Assembly: GCA_013178095.1 (NCBI GenBank) | Contig: JABLXK010000017.1 | Location: 2,475 to 66,474, forward strand | Reading direction: 5' to 3' | DNA length: 64,000 bases | From: Anaerolineae bacterium | GTDB taxonomy: Bacteria > Chloroflexota > Anaerolineae > Anaerolineales > Anaerolineaceae | Shown here: positions 45,743-54,503 of the stretch, in pieces | Layout of the letters: the number at the start of each line of letters is the position of its first letter | Numbering within the stretch: the first letter of the stretch is position 1 | Made by a program: the position numbers and the translations under genes | Notes under the pieces: model-generated | Told to the model about the DNA's origin: nothing | What the model saw: the letters and a program-made list of their open reading frames with translations, nothing else | Database searches by the model: none

Positions 45743-46240
45743 TTATGAGCGCTTGCGGAACAGGGCGGAAAAAAGGGTGATTACGCCGATGCCGATCAGG
45801 AACAGCGGCCAGAGCGTGCCGACGCCCAAGTTGAGTCCGAAGGTACCGCCGAAGATGATGAAGCCCATTGCGCTGATAGCCATCAGCACCAGGCCGCCGC
45901 TGTCGAAGCGCGGATGTTCGCGCGAAAGCAGGCCGGCGATGATCACGCCCAGGCCGACAAAACCGGGGATGAGTGTCCAGATGTAAGCCCAGCTGGCCCA
46001 GTCGCCCGAGATGGCCTGGTAATAGAGAATGCCGCCGATGCCGCCCACGATGCAGCCGGGGATGGCCAGCCCGCCGGTGCGGGTCAGGATGGCAGCCAGC
46101 AAAAAGGCTGCGCCCACGCCGATCACGATAAAAGGCCAGTAAACGTAACCGAAGATATCCGGGTACATCTGCGTGACGAAGAAGAACCCGCCCAACAGGA
46201 TCAGCAGGATCCCCCATACAATGCCGTGTCGATTTTCCAT
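45743..46240 (-). CDS. Small polytopic membrane protein, function unknown
   Basis: Five or six Gly-rich hydrophobic segments. ATG 46240 (MENRHG) preferred. Stop lies 12 nt upstream of the next gene start. Confidence 0.6.
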   Translation of the reverse strand: MENRHGIVWGILLILLGGFFFVTQMYPDIFGYVYWPFIVIGVGAAFLLAAILTRTGGLAIPGCIVGGIGGILYYQAISGDWASWAYIWTLIPGFVGLGVIIAGLLSREHPRFDSGGLVLMAISAMGFIIFGGTFGLNLGVGTLWPLFLIGIGVITLFSALFRKRS

Positions 46241-46327
46241 GTTTCCTCCAGAAAAATGATTTCGAAATTTCATATCTACTTACGCAGGATTGGCATTTAG
46301 GTTGCTTCGAAGTTTTATTTGCCGTAG

Positions 46328-46555
46328 GTCGGGTTGGTGATCTTCCAACCCGACTAGAAGCTTTTCTGCAATTGTTTTTGCGCATCTGCCAAAGACGGCG
46401 CGGCAATCTCAAATTAATAGAACCACAGATACACTCGGATGAACACTAATAAAAAACCCTTCTGTATTTGCGAGCCGCGGAGCGGCGCGGCAATCTCAAC
46501 CACAGATAAATGAGTTATCGTAGGATGGCTTGGTGATCTTCCAACCCATCACCCT
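46328..46555. repeat. Cluster of three REP-like families in one spacer
   Basis: GTCGGGTTGG-TGATCTTC-CAACCCGAC (46328-46355), GACGGCGCGGCAATCTC (46395-46411), GAACCACAGATACACTCGGATGAACAC (46421-46447), GAGCGGCGCGGCAATCTCAACCACAGATAA (46481-46510), GGCTTGGTGATCTTCCAACCC (46528-46548). Confidence 0.6.
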
Positions 46556-46604
46556 AATCCAGGTTCTTGAGCGTATTTAACTATGGATTTCTTTGTGATT
46601 CCCG

Positions 46605-46645
46605 TAAAAAACTCCGCAGGTTGCGCCTTGTCGAAACCTGCGGAG
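46605..46645 (-). terminator. Rho-independent terminator after the flavodiiron gene
   Basis: The minus strand reads CTCCGCAGGTT ... AACCTGCGGAG followed by T6. Confidence 0.7.
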
Positions 46646-46668
46646 CCAATCAAATTGTTGTCAGGAAA

Positions 46669-47868
46669 TTATCCTTCCAGAATCAGCTTCCCAAAGCGCT
46701 TTCCCATTTCGTAGGCTTCTTTCAGGTTCTCCTCGCGGGCTTGCCCGGCGAACTCGAGCGTTTCGCCCAGCTCCCAATTCATCTTTTCAAACTGATTCTT
46801 CAGGAAACGCACCGCTCCGCCGCCCCAGCCATAGCTGCCGAAATAGATCGCCTGTTTGTTGAACGCGCGCTTGATCTCGGCCATGTACAACACCAGTTGC
46901 ATGGTGGGGAACAGCGTGCCTTCGTAGGTCGGCGCGCCGATCACCACGCCCTGGTTTTTCCAGATGGAGGGCAGGATGTAGCTGACGGGCGTGGTGGTCA
47001 CGTCATGCGCGTCCACCGGCACGCCCGCGGCCTCCAGCCCGTTTTTCACAGATGCCACCATTTTTTCGGTGTTGCCGTACATCGAGCCGTGCAGCAGGGT
47101 CACGCCTTTCTCCGCCGGGCCTTTGCCGTAGCTCGACCAGCGCATGTACAGGTCCACGATGCGCCCCGGGTCTTTGCGCCATACCAACCCGTGCGAGGGC
47201 GCGACCATGCGCAGCGGAACGCCCGCCAGCTTTTCGCCGGCGTTCAACACCGGTTTGCTGAAGGCGGCCACGATGTTTGCGTAATAGCGCAGGGATTCCC
47301 CTTCGAAGTAGGCCAGGTCGGGGTACTCCTCGTCGAAAATGCCTTTTTCAGGGATGCCGTAACCGCCGAAAGCGTCGCACGAAAAGAGCGTCTGCGAAAC
47401 GGTTTCATAGGTTACCATCGTTTCCGGCCAGTGCACCATGGGCGCGCTGACGAAACGCAGCTTATGCCTGCCCAATTCCAGTTCCTCGCCGTCGCTCACC
47501 GCGCGGATGTTTTCCTTCAAACCGAAAAAATCATCCATCATCTTGACCGCTTTGGGTGTGCCCAGGATGACCGCCTGGGGCGCCAGTTCGCGGAAAGCAC
47601 GCAGCGCGCCGGAATGGTCCGGTTCCATGTGATTGACCACCAGATAATCGATACTGGCCGGGTCTACCAGCGCCTTGAGTTCGCCCAGGTATTCCTGCTG
47701 GAAGAGCTCTTTGCACAGGTCGATCAGCACGGTTTTCTCGTCGCGGATCAGGTAGGAGTTATATGTGATGCCTTCTTTTTCAATCGGCCAGAGTCCCTCA
47801 AACAGGCGGGTCCGGCGGTCGTGAATGCTGAGGCAGTAGATGTTCTCGCTGATTGGAGTCGGTTTCAT
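46669..47868 (-). CDS. Flavodiiron protein (FprA-type; MBL-like di-iron domain plus flavodoxin domain)
   Basis: NSYLIRDEKTVLIDL, VVNHMEPDHSGAL di-iron ligands. C-terminal flavodoxin-like VTLLHGSMYGNTEKM. Confidence 0.9.
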   Translation of the reverse strand: MKPTPISENIYCLSIHDRRTRLFEGLWPIEKEGITYNSYLIRDEKTVLIDLCKELFQQEYLGELKALVDPASIDYLVVNHMEPDHSGALRAFRELAPQAVILGTPKAVKMMDDFFGLKENIRAVSDGEELELGRHKLRFVSAPMVHWPETMVTYETVSQTLFSCDAFGGYGIPEKGIFDEEYPDLAYFEGESLRYYANIVAAFSKPVLNAGEKLAGVPLRMVAPSHGLVWRKDPGRIVDLYMRWSSYGKGPAEKGVTLLHGSMYGNTEKMVASVKNGLEAAGVPVDAHDVTTTPVSYILPSIWKNQGVVIGAPTYEGTLFPTMQLVLYMAEIKRAFNKQAIYFGSYGWGGGAVRFLKNQFEKMNWELGETLEFAGQAREENLKEAYEMGKRFGKLILEG

Positions 47869-47896
47869 TTTGCTTCCTGAAATTGATTTGCGTTAA

Positions 47897-47936
47897 TTAT
47901 ATAAGCATGCATCTAAAATCGCGCGTGCTTATATAA
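47897..47936. promoter_or_regulatory. 11-bp perfect inverted repeat overlapping a putative -10 of the flavodiiron gene
   Basis: TTATATAAGCA (47897-47907) and TGCTTATATAA (47926-47936), 18-nt spacer. The minus strand reads GCTTATATAAT about 30 nt before the AGGAAG RBS. Confidence 0.3.
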
Positions 47937-48155
47937 GATTAATGCTGCAACGGTCAGGGTCTCGATGCCAGGGACGTTCAGTCTCTCTACCGGATTCTTG
48001 CCGGGAGCAAACCCGGCGCGTGGACCTATTCTCAGGCTTCCGCAGAAGCAGTGGCGCAAGGAAAAGAACGGGTTGGTCAGCCCTGTCCGCCTCACCCCAA
48101 AATCATCCTCCAGGCTGCTGATCCTGGCTATAATTCAGGCAGGCAGGAGGAAACC

Positions 48156-48986
48156 ATGATCGAGATACCCGAGGCTATTCATCTGGCTGAACAGTTGAAC
48201 CAAACCGTGCGCGGCAAAGGGATTGCGCGAGCCGTGGCGGCGCAAAACCCGCATAAGTTCGCCTGGTACCAGGGCGATCCGCAGGCTTATCCGGCCCTGC
48301 TGACCGGCCGGATGGTGGGCGAGGCGCGCGGCTTTGGTACGACCGTGGAATTCCGCGCCGGCGATGCGCTGGTGGCCGTTTCGGAAGGCGCCACCTGGCA
48401 TTATCACGCCGACCGCTCGGATATCCCCGCCAAACACCAACTCCTGCTGGAGTTCGGCGACGGCAGCGCGCTCAGCCTGACCGTGCGCATGTACGGCGGG
48501 ATTTTGTGCTTCCGCGAAGGCGAGGCGGAGAATCCCTATTACCTGGCGGCGCGCGACGCGCTTTCGCCTTTATCGGATGACTTCAACTGGGATACCTTCC
48601 AAAAATTGCTTGTATCCCCCGAAATTGGGAAATTGAGCGCCAAGGCCTTTCTGGCCACCGAACAGCGCATCCCCGGGCTGGGTAACGGCTGTCTGCAAGA
48701 CATCCTCTACAATGCCAAAATCCACCCCAAACGCAAGATGGGCACGCTGGATGAAAAGCAGCGCGAGGTTCTTTATCAATCTATGAAGTCTACTTTGGCG
48801 GAGATGACCGCCCGGGGCGGGCGCGACACCGAACCGGACCTGTTCGGCAATCCGGGCGGCTACCACTCGCTGTGCTCCAAGAACACAGTCGGGCAGCCTT
48901 GCGGCCGGTGCGGCAGCCTTATCTCCAAGGAAGCCTACATGGGCGGCAGTGTGTATTTCTGCCCGGTCTGTCAGCCCCTTTTATAA
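48156..48986 (+). CDS. Fpg/Nei-family DNA glycosylase homologue with non-canonical N-terminus
   Basis: H2TH (EQRIPGLGNGCLQDILYNAKIHP) and C-terminal zinc finger (CGRCGS...FCPVCQ). AGGAGG RBS at 48145-48150. N-terminus MIEIPEA instead of MPELPEV. Confidence 0.8.
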   Translation: MIEIPEAIHLAEQLNQTVRGKGIARAVAAQNPHKFAWYQGDPQAYPALLTGRMVGEARGFGTTVEFRAGDALVAVSEGATWHYHADRSDIPAKHQLLLEFGDGSALSLTVRMYGGILCFREGEAENPYYLAARDALSPLSDDFNWDTFQKLLVSPEIGKLSAKAFLATEQRIPGLGNGCLQDILYNAKIHPKRKMGTLDEKQREVLYQSMKSTLAEMTARGGRDTEPDLFGNPGGYHSLCSKNTVGQPCGRCGSLISKEAYMGGSVYFCPVCQPLL

Positions 48987-49139
48987 AAACGTGGGGCGGC
49001 TTTTAAAGCTGCCGCCTGAAGCGTGATGGCTTTATAAAAACAGCTTTTTGCCTTGTACTCTTGGTTTTGAGTGACACCGCTTATTGAACTTGAGATGAAT
49101 ACGCGAGGAGCGCCTGCCCTCAACGTATTGTAGGGGAGC

Positions 49140-49870
49140 GACGAAGCGATCTCATAGCCGGAAGTGCAGATGAGTGAAAAATTCCGTAAATAGGATTTCC
49201 TGTGGTGAGATTGCTTCGCCTCACTGATGCAGGGTTCGCGAGGACAATTTGGCGTTTAGGGCGAAGACACCCCGAATGTGTTCGCGAGGAACGTATGTGA
49301 CGAAGCGATCTCATGGCCGGAAGTGCAGATGAGTGAAAAATTCCGTAAATAGGATTTCCTGGCGTGAGATTGCTTCGCCTCACTGACGCAGGATTCGCGA
49401 GGACAATTTGGCGTTTAGGGCGAAGACACCCCGAATGTGTTCGCGAGGAACGTATGTGACGAAGCGATCTCATGGCCTGATGTGCAGATGAGTGAAAAAT
49501 TCCGTAAATAGGATTTCCTGGCGTGAGATTGCTTCGCCTCACTGACGCAGGATTCGCGAGGACAATTTGGCGTTTAGGGCGAAGACCCCCGAATGTGTTC
49601 GCGAGGAACGTATGTGACGAAGCGATCTCATGGCCGGAAGTGCATATGAGTGAAAAATTCCGTAAATAGGATTTCCTGGCGTGAGATTGCTTCGCCGCTT
49701 TGCGGCTCGCAAAGACTTCATTTTTATCAACGCGAGGAACGTAGTGACGATGCAATCTCATGGTCGGATGCGCAGATGAGTGAAAAATTCCGTAAATAGG
49801 ATTTCCTGGCGTGAGATTGCTTCGCCGCTTTGCGGCTCGCAAAGACATCCTTCTATTGTCATCGCGAGGA
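49140..49870. repeat. Tandem repeat array: five copies of a roughly 80-bp hairpin-forming core, with periods 159, 159, 158 and 130 bp
   Basis: Core GACGAAGCGATCTCATGGCCGGAAGTGCAGATGAGTGAAAAATTCCGTAAATAGGATTTCCTGGCGTGAGATTGCTTCGCC starts at 49140, 49299, 49458, 49616 and 49746. Linker type A occurs three times and linker type B twice. Confidence 0.9.
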
Positions 49871-49956
49871 GCGGAGCGACGTGGCGATCTCGGCTGGTAG
49901 AACGAGATATATGCCAGTGTTTGGGATGACACGTCATGAGGGAGTTAAATAAAGAA

Positions 49957-50030
49957 TGGGCGCGGAGGGACTCGAACCCACGACCTTACGGATGTGAACC
50001 GTACGCTCTAACCAGCTGAGCCACGCGCCC
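49957..50030 (-). tRNA. tRNA-Val (anticodon CAC)
   Basis: 74-nt cloverleaf folded by hand: acceptor GGGCGCG/CGCGCCC, D-arm GCTC-AGCTGGTTA-GAGC, anticodon arm TACGG-TTCACAT-CCGTA, T-arm GTGGG-TTCGAGT-CCCTC (one U50-U64 mismatch), discriminator A. CCA is not encoded. Confidence 0.88.
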
Positions 50031-50087
50031 AAATGCAAAAGAATTATAACAAAAAAAAGTCAATGCGATTGGTGAAATTCCAAAATA

Positions 50088-51551
50088 CTACTTCAAAAAC
50101 AACTTCACCAGCTTCCTCTTGACCTCGTTGTACGGTTGGTAACGCATGTTCAGGTCGATCCAGTTGGCTTTTTCCACCATGCTCTTGTAATGTGTAAACG
50201 TGTCGAAACCGGCTTGGCCGTGATAGGCGCCCATGCCGCTCTCGCCCACGCCGCCGAAGCCCATCTCCGATGTCGCCAGGTGGATGATGGTGTCGTTGAT
50301 GCAGCCGCCCCCGAACGAGATGCGGCTGGTGATCTCGCGCCGCACGGCCTTGTCGTTGCTGAACAGGTACAGCGCCAGCGGGGTGGGGTGCGCGTCCACG
50401 ACGCGGTAAATGTCTTCGTAGGTTCGGAAGGTCAGCACGGGCAGGATCGGCCCGAAGATCTCTTCCTGCATCACCGGGCTGGCGAGCGTCACGCCGGTCA
50501 GGATGGTGGGGGCGATGCGCAGGCGCTCATCATATTCGCCGCCCGCGTAAACCCGCTCGCCGTCGAGCAATCCCAGCAGGCGCCTGAAATGCTTTTCGTT
50601 GATGATGCGCCCATAGTCGGGGTTTTCCAACGGATGCTCGCCGAACTGTTTGCGGATCTCCGCCTTCAACAGCGGCAGCAACTTTTCCACCGCGCTCTCG
50701 TGCACCAGCAAGTAATCCGGCGCCACGCAGGTTTGCCCCAGGTTGAGATACTTGCCGAAAACGATGCGCGCCGCGGCGGTTTTCAGGTCGGCGGTGTCGT
50801 CCACGATGCAGGGGCTTTTGCCGCCCAATTCCAGCGAGATGGGGGTCAGGTAGCGCGCGGCTTTTTCCATCACCAGCCGCCCGACAGCCTTGCTGCCGGT
50901 GAAAAAAATGAAATCGAAATGCTGGTCCAGCAGCGCCTGGTTGACCTCGCGCCCGCCCGTGACCACGCTGACGTATTGCGGCGGGAAGCAGGCGGCGATC
51001 AACTTTTGGATCACCGCGCTGGTGGCGGGGGAATAAGCGCTCGGTTTGATCAGCGCTACATTGCCGGCGGCCAGCGCGTCCACCAGCGGGCTGATGGCCA
51101 GGTAGAAGGGATAATTCCAGGGGCTCATGATCAGCACGCAGCCGTAGGGCGAGGGCGCCACCCAGCTTTTGGCGCTGAACTGCGCCAGGGGCGTTTTTAC
51201 CCGCCGCGCTTTGGCGAATCGCTGCAGGTGCTTTTTCATGAATGCAAGCTCGTCCAGCGTCATGCCGACTTCGGTCATGTAGCCTTCGAAGCTGCTCTTG
51301 CCCAGGTCGGCTTGCAGCGCCGCTAGGATCTCATCCTGCATGGCGCGGATGGCGCTTTGCAGCTTGTCCAGAGCGATCAGGCGCACCGTGAGCGGCAGCG
51401 TCTGCCCGCTTTGGAAAAATGTCTTCTGTTTGTGGATGATCTCATATGACCGGACAACCGGCTGGGCCGGCGCGGTATCCAGGATGATTGCGTCGTTTTC
51501 TTTGAGCATAACGGTTTCCCCGGTTTCTTGAGGTGAGGTTGCGTTTATCAT
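50088..51551 (-). CDS. NAD(P)-dependent aldehyde dehydrogenase (ALDH3-like)
   Basis: ELGGKSPCIV and GQTCVAPDY catalytic blocks. EEIFGPILPV. The start may instead be ATG 51509 (MLKEND). Confidence 0.9.
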   Translation of the reverse strand: MINATSPQETGETVMLKENDAIILDTAPAQPVVRSYEIIHKQKTFFQSGQTLPLTVRLIALDKLQSAIRAMQDEILAALQADLGKSSFEGYMTEVGMTLDELAFMKKHLQRFAKARRVKTPLAQFSAKSWVAPSPYGCVLIMSPWNYPFYLAISPLVDALAAGNVALIKPSAYSPATSAVIQKLIAACFPPQYVSVVTGGREVNQALLDQHFDFIFFTGSKAVGRLVMEKAARYLTPISLELGGKSPCIVDDTADLKTAAARIVFGKYLNLGQTCVAPDYLLVHESAVEKLLPLLKAEIRKQFGEHPLENPDYGRIINEKHFRRLLGLLDGERVYAGGEYDERLRIAPTILTGVTLASPVMQEEIFGPILPVLTFRTYEDIYRVVDAHPTPLALYLFSNDKAVRREITSRISFGGGCINDTIIHLATSEMGFGGVGESGMGAYHGQAGFDTFTHYKSMVEKANWIDLNMRYQPYNEVKRKLVKLFLK

Positions 51552-51742
51552 ACCATCGTATCGATTAACGGGTGTACCCTTTCATGTAGAGAATACTCAC
51601 GCTGGTATTAACCCCCTGCCTTGCTTTTGGTTTTCGAGGGTAGATTATTTGCGTTTTGTTAGATATATATACAAACGTGATTGAATTTATATAATATTAA
51701 TAAAGATTCGCTACAATTTCCGCGGTGAGGTTAAGAGAGGAT

Positions 51743-52342
51743 ATGAAAAAACGTCATTTATTGAACTTCAACGACCCCGCGCCGGACGTGCAAGTCCTGA
51801 ATGTCAAGGGAAAACCGGTCAGCTTGTCCAGTTTATGGGTCAAGCGCCCGCTGGTGCTGGCGTTCACGCGCCATTTCGGCTGTACGCAATGCAAAGAAAT
51901 GCTGGATGAACTGGTGGCGGGGCGGGACAAGATCAAAAAAGCCGGCCTGGATATTGCCGTCATCACCCAGGGTGTCCCGGCGGAAACCGCCCTCTTTATG
52001 GATGAGCATGCGCCCGGGCTGCTGGCGCTCTCCGATCCGCAGCGCGCGGCTTACCGCGCCTACGGGCTGGAGCGCGGCACGCTCTTCCAGACCTTCCTGA
52101 ACCTGAAAGTATGGCGGGCGGTCTCGCGCTCCCGCCGCAAGGGTTACCTGGTAGAGACGCCCCCGGAAGGGCAGGACGCCATGCAGATGTCGGGCACCTT
52201 CATTATCAGCCCGCAAGGGCGCGTTCTGCTGCCTTTTTATTACGACAACATCGCCGATCATCCCGCGCTGGATTTGCTGCTGGAAGGCGTGCTTTCCACC
52301 GGCTGGGAGCAGCCTTTTGAGGGGCGCATCGGCGCGAAATAG
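51743..52342 (+). CDS. Peroxiredoxin-like / AhpC-TSA-family thioredoxin-fold protein
   Basis: VLAFTRHFGCTQCKEM (CxxC in Prx-like context). AGAGAGG RBS before ATG 51743. Confidence 0.7.
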   Translation: MKKRHLLNFNDPAPDVQVLNVKGKPVSLSSLWVKRPLVLAFTRHFGCTQCKEMLDELVAGRDKIKKAGLDIAVITQGVPAETALFMDEHAPGLLALSDPQRAAYRAYGLERGTLFQTFLNLKVWRAVSRSRRKGYLVETPPEGQDAMQMSGTFIISPQGRVLLPFYYDNIADHPALDLLLEGVLSTGWEQPFEGRIGAK

Positions 52343-52372
52343 AAGAAATCATGCTGATTATGGAGAACTGAA

Positions 52373-53311
52373 ATGAAGAAAATCATCCTTATTTCAATAG
52401 CCGTGGTGGTCTCGGCGTTTGCATTAACCGCCTGCGGCGGGAAATCGGCCGCGGATGAGGCGGTTGCCGAACCCAGCCGGCTGATCGCGGAAGGGCGGCT
52501 GCTGCCGGTGAAGGCGCTGGACATGTCCTTCACGGTAGCGGGGCAGGTTGCCAGCGTTTTCGTCAAGGAAGGCGATGCTGTCAAGAAAGACCAGAAACTG
52601 GCTGCATTGGTGGACGTGCCCGAGGTGCAGGCGCGCCTGGCCGCTGCCCAGTTGGAACTGGTGGACGCGCAGATCGCGCTGGATGATTACAAAGCTTCCG
52701 CTGGGGTGAACATTCCCCAGAGCGAATTGAACGTGATCCTCACGCGCAGCAAATTCAAGACTGCCCGTGATAATTACCTCAACGGCCGTTCGACCGAACG
52801 CAAGGCGCGCATGGATGAGGCCGAAGCCAAGCTGATCCTGGCGGAAGCCGACCACGTCGAACTGGTGGATAACGGGGGGCTGGATCCCGACCAGGTGGCT
52901 CAACTGGAAGCGCGCCTGGCGGCTGCCAAAGCAGCGGTTAACAGCGCCCAGGCTGATGTGGATGCCCTGACGCTTAAAGCCACCATCCCCGGAACTGTGG
53001 TGGATGTCAATCTCACTCAAGGCCAGCAGGTCGCCGCCGGCGAACTGGTGATGGCGGTGGCGGACTATTCCAAGTGGATAGTCGAAACCGACAGCTTGAC
53101 CGAAACAGAAGTGGTGCAGGTCAGCGAGGGCCATGAAGTGGAAGTCGTCCTGGATGCCCTGCCGGATACCACACTCAAGGGAGTGGTTACCCACATCAAC
53201 AAGCGCTTTGAGGAAAAGCGCGGCGATATCACCTACACCGTTACGGTGGCGCTTTCGCAAACCGATCCCTTGATGCGCTGGGGTATGACGGCTGCCGTGT
53301 ATTTCAATTAA
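52373..53311 (+). CDS. Periplasmic adaptor (HlyD/MacA-type membrane-fusion lipoprotein) of an ABC exporter
   Basis: Lipobox FALTAC. Lipoyl/beta-barrel segments flanking a coiled-coil (AQLELVDAQIALDDYK ... LEARLAAAKAAVNSAQADV). Confidence 0.85.
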   Translation: MKKIILISIAVVVSAFALTACGGKSAADEAVAEPSRLIAEGRLLPVKALDMSFTVAGQVASVFVKEGDAVKKDQKLAALVDVPEVQARLAAAQLELVDAQIALDDYKASAGVNIPQSELNVILTRSKFKTARDNYLNGRSTERKARMDEAEAKLILAEADHVELVDNGGLDPDQVAQLEARLAAAKAAVNSAQADVDALTLKATIPGTVVDVNLTQGQQVAAGELVMAVADYSKWIVETDSLTETEVVQVSEGHEVEVVLDALPDTTLKGVVTHINKRFEEKRGDITYTVTVALSQTDPLMRWGMTAAVYFN

Positions 53312-53327
53312 CCGTCCGGGAGAGGAT

Positions 53328-54503
53328 ATGAAACGGGTTTTGGGAATTTCTGCCTATCTGGCAGTGAAGGAAATTTGGCGGAATCGGGCGCGTTTCCTGC
53401 TGGTGAGCCTGGTGATTGCCCTGATCACGCTGCTGGTGCTGTTCATCGCAGCGCTGGGCGAAGGCCTGGGCAACGGCAACCGCGAGTATATCTCCAAGCT
53501 GGACGCTCAATTAATCGCCTATCAGGCCAAATCGGATTTCCTGATCTCCGCCAGCCGCCTGGACCGCGACCGCCTGGCGTCCATCCGGCGCGTGGCGGGG
53601 GTGCAGGACGTGGGCATGCTGGGTACGGCCAACGCCAATATCATCCTGCCGGGCGGCGGGGAACCGCTCAAGGCGGCTTTGCTGGGTATTGAACCCGGCC
53701 ATGTCGGCGAACCGCCAATCGTTCAGGGCCGGCCGTTGAGCACCAAGTTGGCGGATGAGGTCATCATCGACCGCAGCACCGCCTTGCGCAGCGGCCTGCA
53801 AGTGGGCGATCCATTGAGGATCCGGGTAACCCAGGGTACCCGGGATGAATTCTACGAGCTGCGCGTGGTTGGCATCAGCGACGGGCAGCAATATGCGCTG
53901 CAGCCCTCGATTTTCGTTCCCTTTTTCACCTGGGAACAGGTGCGCCCCAAATCGGAAGCCGAGGTCAACAGCGGCAACGATCCGGTGGGCAACGTGATCT
54001 TGATCAAGGTGAAAGATCCCGCGCAGGCGGAAAGCGTGAGCCAGCGCATCAGCGCGCAGGTGAATAACATCGAAATTGCCACCGTCGCCGCCGCGATCCA
54101 GGCGCTGCCGGGGTATTCCGCGCAGCAGAGCACGCTCAACACCCAGGGCGGGTTTACTCTTTTCATCGGTTTGCTGGTGATCGGCGGGTTTTTCCAGATC
54201 CAGATTCTGCAAAAAGTGGCCCAGATCGGCGTGTTGAAGGCCATCGGCACCACCAACACCATTGTGGCGGCCACTTTTGTCATCCAGATTTCGCTGGTGA
54301 CCTTGATCGGCGTCGCGATTGGCGGATTGCTATCTTTCCTGTTCTCGCTCACTTTCCCGCCTACCGTCCCGATTGTTTTCAACGGCACCACTTCGGCCAT
54401 TGCCATCGCTGCCCTGCTATTGATCGGCCCTCTGGGGGGTCTGGTTTCGATTCGCTATGCGGTGCGCATTGAACCGCTCAAGGCTTTGGGACTTTCGATA
54501 TGA
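53328..54503 (+). CDS. ABC transporter permease, FtsX/MacB-like
   Basis: N-terminal TM, large extracytoplasmic domain, C-terminal FtsX-type TM bundle (GVLKAIGTTN ...). Confidence 0.85.
   Translation: MKRVLGISAYLAVKEIWRNRARFLLVSLVIALITLLVLFIAALGEGLGNGNREYISKLDAQLIAYQAKSDFLISASRLDRDRLASIRRVAGVQDVGMLGTANANIILPGGGEPLKAALLGIEPGHVGEPPIVQGRPLSTKLADEVIIDRSTALRSGLQVGDPLRIRVTQGTRDEFYELRVVGISDGQQYALQPSIFVPFFTWEQVRPKSEAEVNSGNDPVGNVILIKVKDPAQAESVSQRISAQVNNIEIATVAAAIQALPGYSAQQSTLNTQGGFTLFIGLLVIGGFFQIQILQKVAQIGVLKAIGTTNTIVAATFVIQISLVTLIGVAIGGLLSFLFSLTFPPTVPIVFNGTTSAIAIAALLLIGPLGGLVSIRYAVRIEPLKALGLSI

Noticed and set aside
49140-49870. A possible CRISPR array.
   Set aside because: The would-be spacers (linkers A and B) are themselves repeated almost identically. 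The repeat unit (about 80 bp) and period (159 bp) are far outside CRISPR dimensions, and there are no cas genes in the window.
49120-49932. 270-aa minus-strand ORF spanning the tandem array.
   Set aside because: It is a read-through of repeats. The same DNA core is translated in two different frames within the one ORF (RRSNLTPGNPIYGIFHSSA in most copies, KQSHARKSYLRNFSLICTSG in the copy after the 1-nt deletion). Selection is therefore not acting on the protein. There is no RBS and the composition is Arg/Ser-rich junk.
49957-50030. tRNA-Val as a pseudogene, because of the U50-U64 mismatch in the T stem.
   Set aside because: All other stems are perfect and the loops have canonical lengths and conserved bases (GG in the D loop, TTCGA in the T loop). 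A single internal U-U pair is tolerated in functional tRNAs.
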